In this document: positions 9,870-19,167 of the stretch, in pieces
How positions within the stretch are numbered: position 1 is the first letter of the stretch
Layout: each line of letters opens with the position of its first letter
Assembly: GCA_024654005.1 (NCBI GenBank)
Contig: JANLGX010000142.1
Span: 1-50,927 of the forward strand
DNA: 50,927 nucleotides
Direction of reading: 5' to 3'
Origin: Gemmatimonadaceae bacterium
GTDB taxonomy: Bacteria > Gemmatimonadota > Gemmatimonadetes > Gemmatimonadales > Gemmatimonadaceae
Position numbers and translations under genes: made by a program
The notes under the pieces: model-generated
Database searches by the model: none
The model's input: the letters and a program-made list of their open reading frames with translations, nothing else
What the model was told of the DNA's origin: nothing

Positions 9870-9915
9870 GGAGGGTTCCGCTCCCGCGGAAATCTCCCTC
9901 CGAGCAATCTTTTTT
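9870..9915 (+). terminator. Possible terminator hairpin after the hydrolase gene
   Basis: GGAGGG-TTCCGC..GCGGAA-..CCCTCC nested inverted repeat (9870-9901), followed about 8 nt later by T6 (9910-9915). The geometry is imperfect. Confidence 0.3.
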
Positions 9916-9973
9916 GGCTGCGCCGCATGTGCTTCCGGCGCGCCACCATGATCACAAGACGACGGTAAAGACC

Positions 9974-11029
9974 ATGCCTTTGGAGACCACGGATCGCGCG
10001 CAGCCCGCCGCCTCGTCCCGACCAACAGCACAGGCGCCCGGGCGCGAGGAGCTTCTCGCAGCCGCGGCCCGCCTGCGCGCGGAAGTCGCAAGGCGTATCG
10101 TCGGCCAGGAGCAGGTCGTCGAAGAAGTGCTCATGGCCATGCTGGCGGGAGGCCACGCGCTGCTCGTTGGCGTGCCTGGACTGGCGAAGACGCTCATGAT
10201 CCGCTCGATCGCAGAAGCGATGCACCTCGATTTCCGGCGCATCCAGTTCACTCCGGACCTCGTGCCCAGCGACATCACGGGCACGGAAATCCTCGAGGAA
10301 GACTCGGCGACCGGCCACCGTGCCTTTCGCTTCGTGCGCGGCCCGGTGTTCTCGAACATCGTCCTCGCCGACGAGATCAACCGCACGCCGCCGCGCACGC
10401 AGGCGGCGCTGCTCGAGGCGATGCAGGAGCGCCACGTCACCGCGGCCGGCCAGACGATGATCCTGCCGAAGCCGTTCTTCGTGCTCGCGACGCAGAACCC
10501 AATCGAGCAGGAGGGCACTTACCCTCTTCCCGAGGCGCAACAGGACCGATTTCTGTTCGACATTCGGATCGACTATCCGTCCGAGGACGAAGAAGTCGGG
10601 ATTCTCGACGCGACGACGCGAGTGGACCGCACGCAGCTCACGGCGGTGGTGAACGCCGAGGAGACGCTGGCGTTACAGGAGCTCGTGCGCGAGCTGCCGG
10701 CGTCGGAGCCGGTGCTGCGCTATGCGGCACGGCTGGCGCGGGCGACGCGGCCGGCTCGCCCTGAGGCGCCGGACATCGTCAAGCAGTACGTGCGCTGGGG
10801 CGCGGGGCCGCGCGCGGGCCAGGCGCTGATCCTCGGCGGCAAGGCGCATGCGCTGCTGCAGGGGCGGCACGCGGTAGCACCAGAGGATATTCTCCGCGTC
10901 ATACAGCCGGTGCTGCGGCACCGGGTGCTCGTCAACTTCGCCGCCGAGGCCGAGGGGGTGACGACGGAGCATGTGATCAACGCGCTGCTCGAGCACGTGG
11001 CGCCGCCGTCCAGCAAGCTCTCGCTGTAA
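9974..11029 (+). CDS. MoxR-family AAA+ ATPase
   Basis: Walker A LLVGVPGLAKT, Walker B VLADEINR, and ..FFVLATQNPIEQEGTYPLPEAQQDRF, which is diagnostic of MoxR/RavA-type ATPases. Confidence 0.9.
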   Translation: MPLETTDRAQPAASSRPTAQAPGREELLAAAARLRAEVARRIVGQEQVVEEVLMAMLAGGHALLVGVPGLAKTLMIRSIAEAMHLDFRRIQFTPDLVPSDITGTEILEEDSATGHRAFRFVRGPVFSNIVLADEINRTPPRTQAALLEAMQERHVTAAGQTMILPKPFFVLATQNPIEQEGTYPLPEAQQDRFLFDIRIDYPSEDEEVGILDATTRVDRTQLTAVVNAEETLALQELVRELPASEPVLRYAARLARATRPARPEAPDIVKQYVRWGAGPRAGQALILGGKAHALLQGRHAVAPEDILRVIQPVLRHRVLVNFAAEAEGVTTEHVINALLEHVAPPSSKLSL

Positions 11030-11043
11030 CGCAGGTCCCGAGC

Positions 11044-11928
11044 ATGGCCATCGCGACGTTTGCCCCCGTGCTCGACGCGGTCCGGGGGATCGCATGGCCG
11101 GCGCTCCGCCGCGTCCGGAGCTCGATCCCCGGGCCCCACGTTTCGGTCGTGCGCGGCTCGACGGACGAATTCGTGGAATACCGCCCATACCGGCAGGGCG
11201 ACGACCCGAAAAAGATCGATTGGAAGCTCGTCGGGCGCACGGATCGCGTCTACATCCGCGTCTCGCAGGAGCGCGCGATCCTGCCGACGATGATCCTGCT
11301 CGACGCGACGGCGTCCATGGCGTTCCCGACCGCTACGCATGCAAAGTGGGACCTGGCGCGGCGGATCGGCATCGCGCTCGCGGCCGTCGCGCGCCACCGC
11401 GGCGACCCTGTAGGGATGACGATAGTGCATCCAGAGCGCGCGCGCACCTTCGAGCCGCGCACGCGCCGCACGGTGCTGGAGGAAATGATGCGCGCGGTCG
11501 AGATCGCTGCCGGCGGCTCCCTGCCGCTCGCGCCGGCCACCGTGGACGCGATGCGCCGGAGCGCGCGCGTTGTGTTGATCAGCGATTTCCTCGGTGACGC
11601 GGACGCCCTGCTCTCGGCGGGGCGCACCTTTGCTGCAGCGGGGAACGAGCTGCACGCGGTCCACATCGTGGACGAGGGTGAGCTCGAACCGGATCCGAGG
11701 AAGCTTCTGTTGGCGGATCCGGAGCAGCCAGAGACCCGACGTCCGATGTCGCCGCCGGCACGCGCGATCTATCTCCGCCGCTTCGGCGCCTGGCGCGAGC
11801 AGCTCGCGCGGGATTGGCGCGGCGCGGGCGCGTCGTACGTGCTGGCCGTTACCGGCCAGGAGCCGCTCCGCCGGACGATCCGCCGCATCACCAATCCGGA
11901 AACGGGCGCGAGGCGGAGCTCCGGGTGA
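11044..11928 (+). CDS. DUF58 (vWA-like) protein, the usual MoxR partner
   Basis: Contains GSTDEFVEYRPYRQGDDPKKIDWKLVGRTDRVYIR, the DUF58 signature. Sits directly downstream of moxR. Confidence 0.85.
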   Translation: MAIATFAPVLDAVRGIAWPALRRVRSSIPGPHVSVVRGSTDEFVEYRPYRQGDDPKKIDWKLVGRTDRVYIRVSQERAILPTMILLDATASMAFPTATHAKWDLARRIGIALAAVARHRGDPVGMTIVHPERARTFEPRTRRTVLEEMMRAVEIAAGGSLPLAPATVDAMRRSARVVLISDFLGDADALLSAGRTFAAAGNELHAVHIVDEGELEPDPRKLLLADPEQPETRRPMSPPARAIYLRRFGAWREQLARDWRGAGASYVLAVTGQEPLRRTIRRITNPETGARRSSG

Positions 11929-13259
11929 CGTTCCTCGCCCCGATCTTCCTCTACATCGGCATGGCCGTCGCGGCGGGCGCGGTGGCACTGCACTTCATCG
12001 TCACGCGCCAGCCGACGTCGAGTCCGCTGCCCACGGTGCGCTTCATACCGGTGAGCTCGGTTCGGGTGACGACGGTGGCGCCCGTGCCCGAGGATCTGTG
12101 GGTGCTCCTGATCCGGGTGTTGGCCGCGCTGCTCATCGGCGCAGCGTTCGCGCGCCCCGTGCTCGTTCCGGAGCGGCGGCCGGTGGCGCGCGTAGTCCTC
12201 GCCGACGTGTCGCGCGGCGTCGCGCAGATCGAAGAAGTGCGCGACAGCAGCCGCAGGCTGCTCGCTGACGGAGACGCGCTCATCGCGTTCGATTCGGCGC
12301 CGCGCGAAATCACGAACTTCGCCGATTCGCTGGCCACGCTGCGGAAGTCGGGCGCCGAGGCGAAGCTCTCGCCGGCGCTCATCGCTGCGCTGCGGACGGC
12401 GTCCGAGCTGCGCGCGGCCGTCGACTCGATCGAGCTGGTGATCGTCTCCCCGCTACGCGCGAGCGCGCTGGACGGCGCGACGCACGCCGTCCGTGCGCTG
12501 TGGCCGGGGCGGGTGCGGCTGGTTCACGTCGCCGCGAGTGCGGACACGCTCGCGCCGCAAGTGGGGATCACTGTGCGCGCGGCGGACAACGACGGCGTCG
12601 CCATTGCCGCAAAGGTAGCGGGGATCGCGGCGAGCGATGCAGCGGTCCGCCTTCTCCGCGATACGCCGACGGCGGCTGACAGCAGCTGGGCGGCGGCTGG
12701 CCGCCGCGCGCTCGTGCGCTGGCCGGTGGCAGGCGCACCGCCGGGCTGGCGTGCACGTGCCACCGTTGATACGGCGGGCGCCGTGATTGCGGGAGACGCG
12801 GCGCTCGTTTACCCGCTCGAACGCCGGTGGGAGCCGGATTCGGCGGCGAGTCCGCTGCGCGTCGTCGCCCGCTGGGTTGACGGCGAGCCCGCGGCGGTCG
12901 AGCGGGCGGTCGGCGCGGGGTGCGTCCGCGACGTGGCGATCCCGGTGCCGACGCGCGGTGACCTCGTGCTCCGGCCGAGTCTCGGTCTGCTCCTCCGCGC
13001 GCTGGGCGCGCCCTGCGAGAGCACGACGGGGAGCAGCGCGATGGCCCCGGCCGACATGCTCTCTCTTTCGGGCACCGGTCCGCTGGCCGCGAGCGATGCG
13101 ATCGAGCCGCCGGACACAGTAACCACGCCGCTGGTACCATGGTTGCTCGGCGCGGCACTGTTCCTCGCGCTGCTCGAGCCGCTGGTGCGCCGTGGATCGC
13201 CGCCGTTGTGGGACGAAGATCTATCTGAGGAGCCGGTCGATCAGCGGGGCGCGGCATGA
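11925..13259 (+). CDS. Membrane protein with a BatA-type (aerotolerance) N-terminal domain
   Basis: GTG at 11925 overlaps the DUF58 stop (GTGA). The N-terminus VTFLAPIFLYIGMAVAAGAVALHFI..RQ matches the BatA N-terminal TM motif. Confidence 0.6.
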   Translation: MTFLAPIFLYIGMAVAAGAVALHFIVTRQPTSSPLPTVRFIPVSSVRVTTVAPVPEDLWVLLIRVLAALLIGAAFARPVLVPERRPVARVVLADVSRGVAQIEEVRDSSRRLLADGDALIAFDSAPREITNFADSLATLRKSGAEAKLSPALIAALRTASELRAAVDSIELVIVSPLRASALDGATHAVRALWPGRVRLVHVAASADTLAPQVGITVRAADNDGVAIAAKVAGIAASDAAVRLLRDTPTAADSSWAAAGRRALVRWPVAGAPPGWRARATVDTAGAVIAGDAALVYPLERRWEPDSAASPLRVVARWVDGEPAAVERAVGAGCVRDVAIPVPTRGDLVLRPSLGLLLRALGAPCESTTGSSAMAPADMLSLSGTGPLAASDAIEPPDTVTTPLVPWLLGAALFLALLEPLVRRGSPPLWDEDLSEEPVDQRGAA

Positions 13260-15196
13260 CGGCGCTCGAACGGGTCCGCCGCGCGCGGTGGCAGCTCCTC
13301 GCGGCAGTGATCCTGACTGCACTGCTCTGGGCCGCGACGCTGGCGATGGGAATCATCCTGCTCGCCGCGACCGTCGGCGCGATCGTGTGGCTGCCGCTTG
13401 CGGTGCGGGTTGTGATTCTGCCGCTCGCCGCGCTGGCCGCGCTCACCGCCGCCGCGGTCGTGCTCTGGCGCGGCCGGGCGGCGCGGTCGGTGCAACGCGT
13501 GGCGCTCTGGATCGAGGAGCGCGAGCCGTCGCTCAAGTTCGCGTTCGTCACGGCGATCGACAACCGTATCGCACCGGAGGAACAGCACCGTGACTTGCAC
13601 GCGCACGCCGCCGCGGCCGACGTCGAGGGAATCGTGCGGCGGGGCTGGTTGCGTGCGTTGGCGCGCGCCGTGATCTCCTTCGCGCTGGTCGGCGCGGCGC
13701 TGGCGATCGTCGCGCCGCGCGAGCTGTTGCGCGCGGCGGGCAGCGACCTGCGGCGCAGCGTCCGGGCGGGCCCGGCCGCGCCGATGGCGAACCGGCTCGC
13801 GACGCTTTCGGCGCGCGTCGTCCCGCCTGCCTACACCCGGATGAGCGCACAGACGGTGGACGAGCCGGCGGGTGTCGCGGCACTGATCGGCAGCCGGATC
13901 ACCTTCTCGGGAAAAGGGGCCGCGGACGGAGTCAGGCAGTTGTTGGGCAACGACACGGTCGAGGCCAGGCGGGATGGCGGCGAGTGGAGCACCGGCGTGA
14001 CGATGCCCGCAATCCCTGACGTCATCACGCTGCTCGATCGCGACTTCCGCCGGCTGGTGGTCCTCGAGCCGCTCACCGACTCGGCGCCGAGCCTCCGGCT
14101 GACGCTCCCGGAGCGCGACACGACCTATCAGACCGTTCCGCGCGGACGACTCGTGATCGAGTCCAGCGCCACGGACGACATCGGACTCGCCTATGGACTC
14201 GTCGAGTACATGCTGTCCAGCGGCAGCGGGGAGAGCTTCGACACGAAGCGAACGAACAGCCGCCGGTTCGCCTACGGCAACCGGCGCGCCGGGACGATCC
14301 GCGACATTATCCTGCTGGACACCATGCAGCTGGCGCCGGGGATGGTGCTGCACGTGCGGGCTGTGGCGTTCGATTTCAACGATGTCACGGGGCCGGGGAA
14401 AGGGGTTTCGGAGACGCGGACGCTGCGCATCGCCGAGCCAATCGACTCTACCTCGATCAACCCGGCGCCGCCGGTGCCGATCGACTCGATGTGGGTGAGC
14501 CAGCGGCTGCTCAACATGCGGACTGACACGCTGATCCGAACGCAGCGGCGCATGGAGCGCGCGACGTTCGTCGGCAAGTCATCCGTGTACAGCAATGACC
14601 AGGAGGCCATCCGCCAGCGCGTGCTGGCCGTCATCGCGCTGCTGGAGGACACCGGCGTGGGCGACACGTTCGAAACCGAGACGAGCGCTAAGCTCCGGGT
14701 GGCGGCGGATCTGATGCGGACGGCGCGCATGCATCTCGGCGTAGCCGAACCCGACACGGCGATGCCGTACATGAAGCGGATCCTCGCCATTCTCGACGAG
14801 ATCCGCCTGGCGAACCGGTACTACCTGCGCGGGTTGATGACGCCGGTGGCGGTGAACATCGAGCGGGTGCGGCTCACTGGAACGGACAGTGCGTCCGCGG
14901 ATGCCCGGAGTGCACGTGAGGCGCTGGCCAACGCCAACGCGGCGCTGGCGCGGCGGATCGACGCGGTGGCGGCGCTCGCGCGGACGTCGCCGGCGGCCGC
15001 GGCGGACTCGCTGGCATACATCCGCGTGGCCGCGCTGTCGACCGCGCCCGCAGCGGCGGCGGCACTAGCCGACGCCATCGTGACGCTGCGGAGGGGCGGC
15101 TCGGCGGAGCGGGCGCTGGCGCGGACGCGGCGGGCGTTGGAGCCGCCACCGCGCACGATCTCCAGCCCAACCGAGTGGGGAGGGATCGCGCAATGA
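13256..15196 (+). CDS. Large membrane-anchored hypothetical protein of the MoxR/Bat-like module (DUF4175-like by context)
   Basis: ATGA overlap with the upstream gene. It has two N-terminal TM helices followed by a long Ala/Arg-rich soluble region. The family call rests on context only. Confidence 0.5.
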   Translation: MTALERVRRARWQLLAAVILTALLWAATLAMGIILLAATVGAIVWLPLAVRVVILPLAALAALTAAAVVLWRGRAARSVQRVALWIEEREPSLKFAFVTAIDNRIAPEEQHRDLHAHAAAADVEGIVRRGWLRALARAVISFALVGAALAIVAPRELLRAAGSDLRRSVRAGPAAPMANRLATLSARVVPPAYTRMSAQTVDEPAGVAALIGSRITFSGKGAADGVRQLLGNDTVEARRDGGEWSTGVTMPAIPDVITLLDRDFRRLVVLEPLTDSAPSLRLTLPERDTTYQTVPRGRLVIESSATDDIGLAYGLVEYMLSSGSGESFDTKRTNSRRFAYGNRRAGTIRDIILLDTMQLAPGMVLHVRAVAFDFNDVTGPGKGVSETRTLRIAEPIDSTSINPAPPVPIDSMWVSQRLLNMRTDTLIRTQRRMERATFVGKSSVYSNDQEAIRQRVLAVIALLEDTGVGDTFETETSAKLRVAADLMRTARMHLGVAEPDTAMPYMKRILAILDEIRLANRYYLRGLMTPVAVNIERVRLTGTDSASADARSAREALANANAALARRIDAVAALARTSPAAAADSLAYIRVAALSTAPAAAAALADAIVTLRRGGSAERALARTRRALEPPPRTISSPTEWGGIAQ

Positions 15197-15804
15197 GCGA
15201 GTTCGTCTTCGCCACGCTGGAGTACGCGTCCGGCGACTGGGAGAGTGCACCCGCGCTCCCCGAGAATCTCATCGACACCGTGGCCAAGCACACGTCGATC
15301 GACATCGCGCCCGTGGGCGTGAACGTCAAGCTCGGCTTCCCCGAGGTGTTCAACTACCCGTTCGTCTGGATGACCGGACACCTGCCGGTGCGCTTCACCG
15401 ACGCGGAGCGGCGCAACCTGAAACGGTACGTCGAGCGAGGCGGCTTCATCATGATCGACGATCACAACCACGACATCACCGGCGAATTCCACAAGACGGC
15501 ACATGAGGAGATCGAGCGGACGTTCGGCAGGATGACGCGCTTGAAGAACGACCACGAGCTGTACAGCTGCTTCTTCGTCTTCGAGAACGGGCCGCCGAAC
15601 ACGAACCACGAGCTCAACGGCTGGGGCGACAACCTGCTGCACCGGTATCTGGACGCGGTGCTCGTGAACGGCCGCATCGGGCTGCTATACAGCAGCAAGG
15701 ATTACAGCTCGGAGTGGAACTTCCACGCGGAGACGAAGCGGACCATGCAGGACGATCCGACGAAATTCGGCGTCAATCTCATCGTGTATGCGCTCACTCG
15801 CTGA
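15193..15804 (+). CDS. DUF4159-domain protein
   Basis: ATGA overlap with the upstream gene. MSEFVFATLEYASGDWESAP...YPFVWMTGH..FTDAERRNLKRYVERGGFIMIDD matches the DUF4159 pattern I know from MoxR/BatA clusters. Confidence 0.7.
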   Translation: MSEFVFATLEYASGDWESAPALPENLIDTVAKHTSIDIAPVGVNVKLGFPEVFNYPFVWMTGHLPVRFTDAERRNLKRYVERGGFIMIDDHNHDITGEFHKTAHEEIERTFGRMTRLKNDHELYSCFFVFENGPPNTNHELNGWGDNLLHRYLDAVLVNGRIGLLYSSKDYSSEWNFHAETKRTMQDDPTKFGVNLIVYALTR

Positions 15805-17080
15805 GCGGGCGCGGGCCGGCGGCGAATGGACGCTGCGCGCGGCGGTGATCGCGTTGCTCGCGTGGTCGCTGGTGATTGCGCTACGCGGCGAGGACAACGG
15901 CGGAACAGAGCAAGCCACGTCCAGCGGACTGCGGGCGATGCTTGCCCGATGGAGCACGGTCGTCACGCCGGCGAAGGTGCACGTAACGCTCGACCATCCT
16001 CCCTCAGCGCAGGAGCGCGATTGGCTGGGCGCGCTCTCCGCGGCGCGGACCGCCGTCGAATGGAGCGGACCGTCGCTGCTGCCGATCGCGGTTGCGTTCG
16101 AGCCGCGCGCGGATCCGGCGCGTGGAGCGGACGTGTCTGTCGCCGCGCCGGCGGGCACCGGCGTCGTGCTGCGCGATACGATCGGCGTGCTCGACAGCGC
16201 GACGGCACAAGCGGCGGGATTGCGCGCTTACATACCGAAGCCACGGAGGACGGTGGATGCCGTGGCCGGACCCGTGGTCGCGCGCGCCGCGCCGCGCGAT
16301 TCGCTCGTGCTCGGCCGCCTGCTCGTGATCGGGCGAGCCGGCTGGGAGACCAAGTTCGTGACCGCGGCGCTCGAGGAGCGCGGCTGGGAGGTGGATGCGC
16401 ACGTCATCGTCTCCCCCAAGAGCGACGTCCGGCAGGGGAGGATCGACGCCATCGATACGGCGCGGTATTCGGCGGTGCTCGCGCTCGACACGACCGCGGC
16501 GCGGTATGGCGAGCAGATCGCGCGGTACGTGCGGAGTGGCGGCGGCCTGGTGCTGTGGGCGCCCGCGGCCCGGACGCGCGCCCTGGCCCCGCTCGCACCG
16601 GGCGGCGTGGGGCTTATCATGGAGGACGAAGGGCGCCCGCCGAGCGACAGCGCGCCGCGCGAAGTGCTGGAGGTGGTGCCGATCACGCCGCTGGCTCCCG
16701 ACGCGATCGCGCTGGAGCACCGCGGCGTCGAGCCGACGCTGGCAGCGCGGCGGGTGGGACCGGGCCGGGTGATCCAGACCGGCTATCTCAACTCGTGGCG
16801 CTGGAGGATGGCGGGCGGCGATGATGCGCCGGATCTCCACCGGGACTGGATTGCTGGGCTCGTGGCGCGTGTGGCGTACACCGGGCGGGTCGCGTTGCCT
16901 TCTCCGCCGACCGATCCGGCGCCGCTGGCGGCGCTGATCGCCAAGCTCGGTCCGCGGGCGAATGCCGCGATGGGCTCTACGGGATACGATCCCGCAATGA
17001 TCGCGTGGTGGGTGTTCGCGATTCTGTGCTCGGCACTCATGATCGAGTGGGCATCGCGGCGAGTCCGCGGCGTGAAGTAG
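15788..17080 (+). CDS. Membrane protein, last gene of the MoxR module (N- and C-terminal TM helices, amidotransferase-like middle region by context)
   Basis: Overlaps the DUF4159 gene by 17 nt. N-terminal TM AAVIALLAWSLVIAL and C-terminal TM WWVFAILCSALMIEW. High GC3. Confidence 0.5.
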   Translation: MRSLAERARAGGEWTLRAAVIALLAWSLVIALRGEDNGGTEQATSSGLRAMLARWSTVVTPAKVHVTLDHPPSAQERDWLGALSAARTAVEWSGPSLLPIAVAFEPRADPARGADVSVAAPAGTGVVLRDTIGVLDSATAQAAGLRAYIPKPRRTVDAVAGPVVARAAPRDSLVLGRLLVIGRAGWETKFVTAALEERGWEVDAHVIVSPKSDVRQGRIDAIDTARYSAVLALDTTAARYGEQIARYVRSGGGLVLWAPAARTRALAPLAPGGVGLIMEDEGRPPSDSAPREVLEVVPITPLAPDAIALEHRGVEPTLAARRVGPGRVIQTGYLNSWRWRMAGGDDAPDLHRDWIAGLVARVAYTGRVALPSPPTDPAPLAALIAKLGPRANAAMGSTGYDPAMIAWWVFAILCSALMIEWASRRVRGVK

Positions 17081-17280
17081 TGCGTAGCGCGCGCTCGCTC
17101 TCCCTACTGAGGCGATTGACCGTCGTCGCTCTTCTGGCTTCGGTCGGTGGCTGCTGTCACGGCAGACAGATCGTATATACAGATTGGGAGCGCGACCCTA
17201 GCGGTAACACCCACGTGACACGGTGCGTGGACGACACCACGGCGCGCGCAAGTGACGCGGCGCGCACTCCACGCATGTAA
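17080..17280 (+). CDS. Possible small lipoprotein
   Basis: GTG overlaps the upstream TAG. VRSARSLSLLRRLTVVALLASVGGC has a lipobox-like motif. It is short, GC3 is only moderate, and it ends flush against the proC stop. Confidence 0.3.
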   Translation: MRSARSLSLLRRLTVVALLASVGGCCHGRQIVYTDWERDPSGNTHVTRCVDDTTARASDAARTPRM

Positions 17281-18231
17281 TCACTCTGCCTTCAGCGACG
17301 GCCCCGTTCGCATTCCTTGGCGAGAATCACCGGCAAGCGAACGTGTGGTCTCCTCGATAGCGCGTGCTAGTACAGACCGCAGCCGACCGTCTTCCAGCGC
17401 GAGAAGGCCGGCTATCGTGCATCCACCGGGTGTCGTCACATCGTCCCTCAACGCGGCTGGATGCCGGCCTGTGCTGAGCACCATCTCGGCCGCGCCGAGC
17501 GTCATCTGGGCAGCGAGCTCGGTCGCAATGTCACGCGACAGTCCGCATCTCACCCCACCGTCTGCGAGCGCCTCCAGCACGAGGTATATGAAAGCGGGTC
17601 CGCTCGCGGACAGCGCGGTAACGGCATCCAGATGTCTTTCAGCGAGCGTCATGCAGCGCCCCAACGTTGAAAACAGCTCCGACGCCACCGCTAGGTGTGC
17701 GGCGGTCGCGGTGCATCCCTTAGCCAACACGGTCATGCCGTGCCCGATCGCACACGGCGTATTCGGCATCGCCCGGATCACGGGTGCTCGATCACCAACG
17801 ACTTCCTCGATCGCTGGTGTCGTGATCTTGGCCGCGACTGAGATCAGGAGGGGCTTGCTCGCGAATGCGCCGCAAGACACGAGCTCCGCCAGAATGTTCA
17901 GTACGTCGTGGGGCATTACGCAGATGACAACGACCGTAGCGCTCGCACACGCTGTCGCACTATCGGTTGCTACAACCACACCGAGGTCGTGAGCCACGGC
18001 TCGCGCTGCCGCCGTGTCGATGTCCGTAACCGCGATGCGCTCGGCGGCAATTGCACCGGTGCGGACCATCCCGGTCGCGATGGACCTCCCCATCGTGCCG
18101 GCCCCGATGACCGCAATGCGATGATTCGGATAGCGGGTCTGAAAGCGACCTTGAGCCCTTCTCTGGTCGACAGCTGCCGGAACAATGCGTGCGGACTTGT
18201 GCGGCGATCTCGATGGGACGTTACGAGACAT
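17281..18231 (-). CDS. proC: Pyrroline-5-carboxylate reductase
   Basis: Rossmann motif RIAVIGAGTMGRSI, plus ..IRAMPNTPCAIGHGMT.., ..SGPAFIYLVLEALADGG.. and ..TTPGGCTIAGL... The start is taken at the ATG at 18231 inside the 628-aa read-through ORF; the N-terminal 35 aa are uncertain. Confidence 0.85.
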   Translation of the reverse strand: MSRNVPSRSPHKSARIVPAAVDQRRAQGRFQTRYPNHRIAVIGAGTMGRSIATGMVRTGAIAAERIAVTDIDTAAARAVAHDLGVVVATDSATACASATVVVICVMPHDVLNILAELVSCGAFASKPLLISVAAKITTPAIEEVVGDRAPVIRAMPNTPCAIGHGMTVLAKGCTATAAHLAVASELFSTLGRCMTLAERHLDAVTALSASGPAFIYLVLEALADGGVRCGLSRDIATELAAQMTLGAAEMVLSTGRHPAALRDDVTTPGGCTIAGLLALEDGRLRSVLARAIEETTRSLAGDSRQGMRTGPSLKAE

Positions 18232-18275
18232 CGGTATGATCCGGGTGGTTAGCGGATGCGGAGAGGCTGGTTGCC

Positions 18276-18320
18276 AAAAACAAAATCGCCCCGTTCGGCG
18301 CGAGGCTCGAACGGGGCGAT
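18276..18320 (-). terminator. Rho-independent terminator, the 3' end of the aro operon transcript
   Basis: On the minus strand, ATCGCCCCGTTCG-(10 nt)-CGAACGGGGCGAT forms a 13-bp perfect stem, followed by TTTTGTTTTTGG. It lies inside the 628-aa ORF, between the hisIE remnant and proC. Confidence 0.8.
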
Positions 18321-18491
18321 TTCCGTCGGACGGAAACCTGGAATGACTAGCTGCTACTCCCCTAGGAGCACGTGCGCGCGAGCGGCGGCCAGCGCAGAAA
18401 TGCGCTGGGACGAGGGTCGCGGTCGAGGGTTCACGGTGCGGAAAAACATGGTGGAGTCCATCCATTAAGACACGCGAGAGCAACTGAGCCC

Positions 18492-19167
18492 CTATATGCG
18501 CACGTAACGGTGTTCTTGGCTGCTTGATTCCGTGGACCCAGGTTGGCCCTGGACCATGACTGGAGCTGGCGTGCGAGTAGCCAACGCGCCCCTGACCTCG
18601 CTCCACCCCACCCCCAGCCCCCGCAGCGCCACTACTATATGGTACAGGAGATCCGGCGACTTCCTCGACGGCAGCCGCGGCGTTCCCCTCGGACAGGGCC
18701 ATCACCAGCTCGGCGCACTCCTCGCCGAGCTTCTTCGTGCGCAGGTTCCGGTCGGCGAGCAAGACCCGCGTGTAGCTCCCGGACCCATTGCCTGAATCCG
18801 TAGCTCGATCTTGAATCGTCGCATCGAGAACGCTGAGCGCATCGGAACGCACGTCGTCACCAAAGCACGAGATCGTTCCCACGTGACACGCAGGTCCCGC
18901 CGGAGCGACGCGGGCCAACACCGCGTCACCGTCGCAATCGGCGGTGAGCGATACCACACGCTGAATCGAGCCGCTCGTCGCCCCCTTCCGCCACAGCCCG
19001 CGCGTACGGGACATGTAGTGCATCTCTCCGGTCGCGATCGTCCACTCGAACGCATCTCGACTCGCGTGCGCAACCATTACGACGGCTCCGGTCACCGCGT
19101 CCTGCGTCACGACCGTGACCAGGCCGCGCTCGTCGTACTTGAGAGTATCCAGATCGAGCGTGCTCAC
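18492..19167 (-). pseudogene. hisIE paralogue (PR-AMP cyclohydrolase / PR-ATP pyrophosphatase) with a +1 frameshift near its 3' end
   Basis: GTG start with a GTGA overlap to the upstream fragment. The protein is collinear with the hisIE at 24649..25260 up to ..AAAAVEEVA. One extra G, at about 18653-18656, then shifts the frame. Deleting it restores ..DLLYHIVVALRGLGVGWSEVRGAL.. and a stop at 18492. Confidence 0.7.

Noticed and set aside
18354-18449. The small minus-strand ORF MFFRTVNPRPRPSSQRISALAAARAHVLLGE*, upstream of the terminator and proC, as a possible proline leader peptide.
   Set aside because: It has only three non-consecutive Pro codons. I found no alternative structure competing with the terminator; the adjacent TTTCCG..CGGAAA hairpin is not mutually exclusive with it. 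The terminator is better explained as the 3' end of the aro operon. The ORF also lies within the decayed hisIE duplicate.
17281-19167. The 628-aa ORF as a genuine HisIE-ProC fusion protein.
   Set aside because: The HisE C-terminus is replaced by out-of-frame sequence after a single extra G, judged against the intact copy at 24649..25260. The linker region also crosses a 13-bp-stem, T-rich intrinsic terminator. ProC has its own ATG at 18231. In a ~68% GC genome, long stop-free read-through is expected by chance.
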